DNA of 64,000 nucleotides. Source: Vulcanimicrobiota bacterium (GTDB taxonomy: Bacteria > Vulcanimicrobiota > Xenobia > Xenobiales > JADMJV01). Under the pieces are notes generated by a model. It ran no database searches, had not been told where the DNA came from, and saw only the letters and a program-made list of their open reading frames with translations. Below, in pieces: positions 62,168 to 64,000 of this stretch (positions are counted from its first letter, which is position 1; every line of letters begins with the position of its first letter). The position numbers and the translations under genes were made by a program. Location of the stretch: NCBI GenBank assembly GCA_023447635.1, contig JAEXNA010000219.1, positions 27,678 to 91,677 of the forward strand, written 5' to 3'.

Positions 62168-63495
62168 GCTCTTCCGTCGAGTCGCCGGCCTGGTGGGAGA
62201 GCTGGGACTTTCTGGCGCCGGACACTCGCCAGGACTTTGGGCGGCTGGTCGACCTGTTGGAACGGGGGCTAAGCAGCAGTGGGGCCGCCACGCTTCCGGA
62301 CGAGCCCGCGGGTTGGTCGGGATTAGCTCGACGCGGCCCCTGGGACCGCCTGGTCCCGTCCGAGTGGGCGCTGCTCGAAGTCGCCCCGGAAGAGTTCGCG
62401 CGTCGGGCCGACGAGGGCGAACTGGGCTTCTGGCAGATGGCGCGGGACGGCCGGGCGGCCAGCCGCTCGGTCTGGCTCTGGCTAGACGCAGGACCGGACC
62501 AGTTGGGCGCCTGCCGGGTAGTGCAGATCGCCCTGATGCTCTGGCTGCAGCGGGTCTGCCGGCGGACCGGCGGGAGCTTTCACTGGGGCGTGGTTCAAGC
62601 GCCGGAGGCCGGGTACGAGGGGTTCGGAGCCGAAGAGCTGACGAAGTTTCTCTCCCTGCGCTCGACCGACCCGCCGCGTCGCCCTCCGGAGCGGATGGAT
62701 GGGATGGTCACCTGGTGCGTCGGCTCAGAGGGCTGGATGAGCCAGGTCCCCTCGAGCTTTCAGCGGGTGACGCTAAGTCAGAACGGGCCGGAGAGCGTCG
62801 AGTTGCAGGCGATGGAGCGGCGGTTAGAGCTGCCGCTGCCAACAGGAGAGAGGGCGGTGCGACTACTGCGCGACCCTATGGTCTGGAAGGTGGTGAAACG
62901 AACCAACGCTCCGGTCCAACGCGCCAACCTGCCGCCGCTCGGAGAGGCGCTCGAAGACTATACCTTCTCTCTCTGTGGCAAGAAGCTGCTGCTGGCCTAT
63001 CGCGACCGGATCGTGGTCGCTCCGATCCCGTCTTCGGTCCGTGAAGAGCCGGGAAAAACTCGCAGCTATCCGCTGCGTTTCTCGGGTCCCGTGCTGGGCA
63101 TGAGCATGGAGGGCAGGGCCATCCGCGTGGTCCAGCAGGTCGGGGGCGAGTGGGTGTTCTACCGGCTGAATCCCGAACTCAGCGACCTGGACGAGATGGT
63201 GCGGGTCGGCGCCGACGATTCCAATGCTTTCGACATCGGAACTTGCTGGACGGTCGACGGCGGCTGGCGCCTCTGGATTGAAGACAAATTCTGGACGGTG
63301 AAGTCGGGTCAACTCCGACCCTGTCTAGGGGTACACGGCGGCTCCCCGCTGGGAGCTGGAAGCTACCTGATGCTGGCTTCGGGAATGTTGCTCGACGCCA
63401 GGGAGAAGCCGGTCTATGGCCTGGACCCGAAACCCGAGGGCGATGTCGTCATGGCTCGGAGCAAGCTGCATCAGCTTCGTCAGCAAGAGCGCTGA
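62164..63495 (+). CDS. hypothetical protein (~444 aa), translationally coupled (GTGA overlap)
   Basis: In-frame GTG at 62164 overlaps the stop of the small ORF. The upstream part of the track ORF (61831-62163) is Gly/Arg-rich junk overlapping the ATPase gene in another frame. No clear MIDAS (DxSxS) motif. Confidence 0.5.
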   Translation: MSSSVESPAWWESWDFLAPDTRQDFGRLVDLLERGLSSSGAATLPDEPAGWSGLARRGPWDRLVPSEWALLEVAPEEFARRADEGELGFWQMARDGRAASRSVWLWLDAGPDQLGACRVVQIALMLWLQRVCRRTGGSFHWGVVQAPEAGYEGFGAEELTKFLSLRSTDPPRRPPERMDGMVTWCVGSEGWMSQVPSSFQRVTLSQNGPESVELQAMERRLELPLPTGERAVRLLRDPMVWKVVKRTNAPVQRANLPPLGEALEDYTFSLCGKKLLLAYRDRIVVAPIPSSVREEPGKTRSYPLRFSGPVLGMSMEGRAIRVVQQVGGEWVFYRLNPELSDLDEMVRVGADDSNAFDIGTCWTVDGGWRLWIEDKFWTVKSGQLRPCLGVHGGSPLGAGSYLMLASGMLLDAREKPVYGLDPKPEGDVVMARSKLHQLRQQER

Positions 63496-63510
63496 GTCGG
63501 CGAGCTAGGC

Positions 63511-63828
63511 ATGGTGATGGCACATCCTATGCCGGGTCAGGGGTGGAAGGTTCTCTGGCAAGACAAGGAAGAGATCTTGCCTGTCAACGGCAGGGTGCTG
63601 GGGCTGGTTTGCGAGGACCACTACGGCCCCGCTCTGGTCGTGCAGAACGGCCAGGAGATCCGACTTCAGGGGAGCGGTTGGAGTGAGCAGCTCGACCTGC
63701 ATCCCGGCATGCGCTTTCGTTTTCATCCCAACGGCTTGATGGCCTACCTCCAGGAGGACGGCGACCTGGTCGTCTACGGCTTCGCCGATCGCTCTGTCCG
63801 CTGGAGCCGCTGGAGTCACGAAGGATGA
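63511..63828 (+). CDS. small hypothetical protein (105 aa)
   Basis: ATG 15 nt after the previous stop. Its stop overlaps the next ATG (ATGA at 63825). Confidence 0.4.
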   Translation: MVMAHPMPGQGWKVLWQDKEEILPVNGRVLGLVCEDHYGPALVVQNGQEIRLQGSGWSEQLDLHPGMRFRFHPNGLMAYLQEDGDLVVYGFADRSVRWSRWSHEG

Positions 63829-64000
63829 GGTGGCAGGGGCAGGTCGAGGCCTGGGCGCTCTGGTTCCCACCCGAGGCGGCCACCTCCCATCGGCTGGCGG
63901 GGGCGTGGCAGCCAGGCTCGCGACTGCTTCAGGCAGGCGGCGGGATGCTGCTCCTCCTCCCCTCCCCCCGACCGGTCCGGGCGGAGCTGTCCCTAGCGCT
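63825..64000 (+). CDS. partial CDS (5' end), hypothetical, continues beyond window
   Basis: Open frame MRWQGQVEAWALWFPPEAATSHRLAGAWQPGSRLL... from the ATGA overlap to the window end. Confidence 0.3.
   Translation, partial: MRWQGQVEAWALWFPPEAATSHRLAGAWQPGSRLLQAGGGMLLLLPSPRPVRAELSLA

Noticed and set aside
1-64000. tRNA/rRNA/CRISPR/transposase/integrase scan
   Set aside because: No intergenic region (8007-8263, 24818-25028, 26725-26915, 39174-39442, 51550-51656, 52689-52891, 55275-55406) shows a cloverleaf-like tRNA, 16S/23S fragments, short direct-repeat arrays, or ORFs with DDE/tyrosine-recombinase motifs. I found no mobile-element boundaries.

Overview
This 64-kb window is high-GC (~67%) bacterial DNA. 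Classical Shine-Dalgarno sites are rare, GTG/TTG starts are common, and several gene pairs overlap by 4 nt; this looks like a Planctomycetota/Verrucomicrobiota-like lineage, though the lineage is only a guess. The left ~25 kb is a single minus-strand biosynthetic locus. It holds a pfa-type PUFA-synthase PKS, in the order pfaD, then pfaA (KS-MAT-6xACP-KR-DH, 2506 aa), then pfaC (KS-CLF-AT-DH-DH, 2400 aa). Directly downstream is a translationally coupled operon: a 1023-aa unrecognised membrane-anchored protein, then oleB-, oleC- and oleD-like genes, then a partial paralog of the 1023-aa protein running off the window start. This is the gene content of head-to-head olefin / polyunsaturated-hydrocarbon (or beta-lactone) biosynthesis, but no OleA thiolase and no PfaE PPTase lie in the window, and the two paralogous large proteins that bracket oleBCD have no family I can recognise. 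Divergent from pfaD sit an XRE-like HTH gene with AT-rich palindromes upstream and an FMO-like flavoprotein. The middle ~18 kb (28-46 kb) is a glycan-assembly-like accessory locus. It carries four paralogous 720-993-aa polytopic membrane proteins with a GT-C-like Asp-rich first loop (DDDYWIH ... HGHYGR ... NNN ... YETH ... REYFRWEFAAGF) plus periplasmic C-terminal domains. Alongside them are a SAM methyltransferase, an orphan GspF/PilC-like platform protein, another large membrane protein and a Wzx-like flippase. The right third carries housekeeping and accessory genes: RNase G, Nei/Fpg, YihY, a REC-HK-REC hybrid kinase, an EEP nuclease, and a class-A beta-lactamase-like lipoprotein. It also holds several oddities: a Met-rich (MMQ-repeat) protein fused to a CHAP-like domain, a LysM protein with ~12 tandem 20-aa repeats and an RTX-like tail, and a RavA/MoxR-like AAA+ ATPase followed by four tightly coupled unknown genes. 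No rRNA, tRNA, CRISPR or transposase genes were seen. Many long antisense ORFs in the track are GC-rich artefacts.
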